A stretch of DNA of 47,237 bases from a virus (taxonomy: Duplodnaviria > Caudoviricetes). The position numbers were made by a program, and so were the translations under genes. The stretch is from the IMG/VR virus record IMGVR_UViG_3300010358_000004, positions 1-47,237 of that record, one strand, 5' to 3'. Shown here piece after piece: positions 46,105-47,237 of the stretch. The notes below the pieces were generated by a model that was not told the origin of the DNA, did no database searches, and saw only the letters and a list, made by a program, of their open reading frames with translations. Within the stretch, counting starts at the first letter, position 1, and the number at the start of each line of letters is the position of its first letter.

Positions 46105-46390
46105 TCTCGTTCGATTGATAGTTGTTATCTTTATCCAGGCGGGCCACGTAGTCTATCTCCTCACCCATCTCTTGGTATTCCTTTTCGAGGGTGAGATGGA
46201 ATGCATTGACTGCCTTAGCAAGTGCGTCTGAGAACCGGCCAGCAGGGATCTCGTAATCCCCTGGCAACAGTTCGAATAACGTCCCGCACATCTCAAGGTA
46301 GTGAACGTATAGAACCTCTGCTTCACTAGAGGTCATGGATAAACCGTCCATCTGGAAGGTTTCTTCCTTGCTGTCACTCTTGTCGTCCAT
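46097..46390 (-). CDS. acidic hypothetical protein
   Basis: ATG 46390 with GGAG SD; Asp/Glu-rich. Confidence 0.6.
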   Translation of the reverse strand: MDDKSDSKEETFQMDGLSMTSSEAEVLYVHYLEMCGTLFELLPGDYEIPAGRFSDALAKAVNAFHLTLEKEYQEMGEEIDYVARLDKDNNYQSNESE

Positions 46391-46391
46391 T

Positions 46392-46832
46392 TTAATCTCC
46401 GTAGATTGACTTGAGACTAGCAATGAGCTTACGTCTAGCTCTCTCCCTGTTCTCTGGTTCGAGCATCGCAGCTGCAACCTTAGCCTCGTAGTCAGGGATC
46501 AGATGTTCATTCAGTTCCCGCGTGACCTCATCAACTGCCACCTCCAACAGTGCATGATCAAAGGCTGGCAGTTTAGGATCTTCGCGGCGCGAGAACCGGT
46601 AGGTTTTGTCAAGTTCATCTACCATCCTGACCAGGCCATCCAGCGTGTTGATCTCCAACACGTGGTCAGGCGATGCGTTCTCTGCATCCGTGACCCAACG
46701 TGTAGCGATCTTACGGATAAGGTCTGCACGATGGTAGTTAAGGATTGATGCCTCCAGGTCAGTCATGATATGACCACCTCGGAAGGGATCAGAGAGTTTG
46801 AACTGGTATTGTGACAGGTTTATCTTTGCCAC
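46392..46832 (-). CDS. hypothetical protein
   Basis: GTG start after GAGGGAG; first gene downstream of the consensus promoter. Confidence 0.7.
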   Translation of the reverse strand: MAKINLSQYQFKLSDPFRGGHIMTDLEASILNYHRADLIRKIATRWVTDAENASPDHVLEINTLDGLVRMVDELDKTYRFSRREDPKLPAFDHALLEVAVDEVTRELNEHLIPDYEAKVAAAMLEPENRERARRKLIASLKSIYGD

Positions 46833-46852
46833 ACTTTACTCCCTCGCTTGCG

Positions 46853-46881
46853 ATTATACGCCCATCATGGTTGTGTGTCAA
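46853..46881 (-). promoter_or_regulatory. consensus sigma70 promoter for the replication/recombination operon
   Basis: Minus strand TTGACA (46881-46876), 17-nt spacer, TATAAT (46858-46853). Confidence 0.9.
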
Positions 46882-46887
46882 CAACAT

Positions 46888-46904
46888 TGTTCATCGAATG
46901 GACA
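46888..46904. promoter_or_regulatory. 17-bp palindromic operator-like motif, copy 4 (minus strand TGTCCATTCGATGAACA)
   Basis: 6 bp upstream of the -35 box. Confidence 0.6.
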
Positions 46905-46921
46905 CATTCTTCAAATACTGT

Positions 46922-46985
46922 AAAAGCCTGGGAGCGCCAGTCTTTTCCCCGCTTCGCGTCACGAGTTACAACTCTTGCTCCCAGG
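46922..46985 (-). other. structured element: 9-bp outer stem enclosing small hairpins, followed by CTTTT; possible terminator or small RNA
   Basis: CCTGGGAGC 46927-46935 pairs with GCTCCCAGG 46977-46985; inner GAGT/ACTC and CGC/GCG. Confidence 0.5.
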
Positions 46986-46995
46986 TAATTCAATT

Positions 46996-47237
46996 CTATC
47001 GGAACTGTTCTAAGTCTGCGTTTACCAGCGTATGCTTGGTCCTAGTCTCGGTCACGTAATGCAGGTTATGCTCCTGCTCTAGTGGCTTCGGGTCACCCAA
47101 CGCATTGGCCATAACCGATTGTTTACTTGGTACACGCCACGGATCGAGATGTACGACCAGCGGCCACTCCAATCCCTTCGAGCGATGGGCCGAAGATAGT
47201 AGTATAGGATTGCCCTCTCTTGAGAATAGCTTTTCCA
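46996..47237 (-). CDS. UvrD/Rep-like SF1 helicase, C-terminal fragment (truncated by window)
   Basis: Hand-translated ILLSSAHRSKGLEW (motif V) and EHNLHYVTETRTK (motif VI), TAG at 46996. Confidence 0.85.
   Translation of the reverse strand, partial: EKLFSREGNPILLSSAHRSKGLEWPLVVHLDPWRVPSKQSVMANALGDPKPLEQEHNLHYVTETRTKHTLVNADLEQFR

Noticed and set aside
46927-46985. tRNA gene
   Set aside because: Too short, no TTC T-loop or anticodon arm geometry
1-47237. Stop-codon reassignment
   Set aside because: Genes are full length and densely packed under the standard code, ending in TAA, TAG and TGA
1-47237. Integrase, CI repressor or att sites (prophage)
   Set aside because: No recombinase or S24 peptidase motifs and no host genes seen; genome is incomplete so lifestyle is undetermined

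Overview
The window is most of a ~54% GC (visual estimate) tailed-phage genome with P22-like podovirus morphogenesis. It has two oppositely transcribed arms that diverge at a ~740-bp intergenic region (1336-2082) and converge at ~37170. The plus arm (2083-37188) carries a probable small terminase, small accessory ORFs, a head-binding tail protein, a PBSX-type large terminase, P22-like portal, amidase and lytic transglycosylase proteins, scaffold, P22-like coat, gp4-like adaptor and gp10-like stabilization protein. It continues with a very large set of paralogous tail-fibre/glycine-rich/collagen proteins, a sulfotransferase-like plus GNAT pair, and DNA-ejection proteins. The minus arm carries a UvrD-like helicase (truncated at the window edge), a consensus sigma70 promoter, small early genes, a Cas4-like exonuclease, Sak4-like ATPase, SSB-like protein, ParB-methyltransferase fusion, a family-A DNA polymerase split into a UDG+exonuclease subunit and a polymerase subunit, and a DUF3987-like helicase. 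No integrase, tRNA, CRISPR array or reverse transcriptase was recognised. Highlights: the split PolA with His at the 762-equivalent and Tyr in motif C, a 17-bp palindrome repeated at four intergenic sites, a tandem hairpin array before the coat gene, a Walker-A Lys-to-Arg terminase and a modular tail-fibre network. All protein calls come from motif recognition by eye, not database searches.
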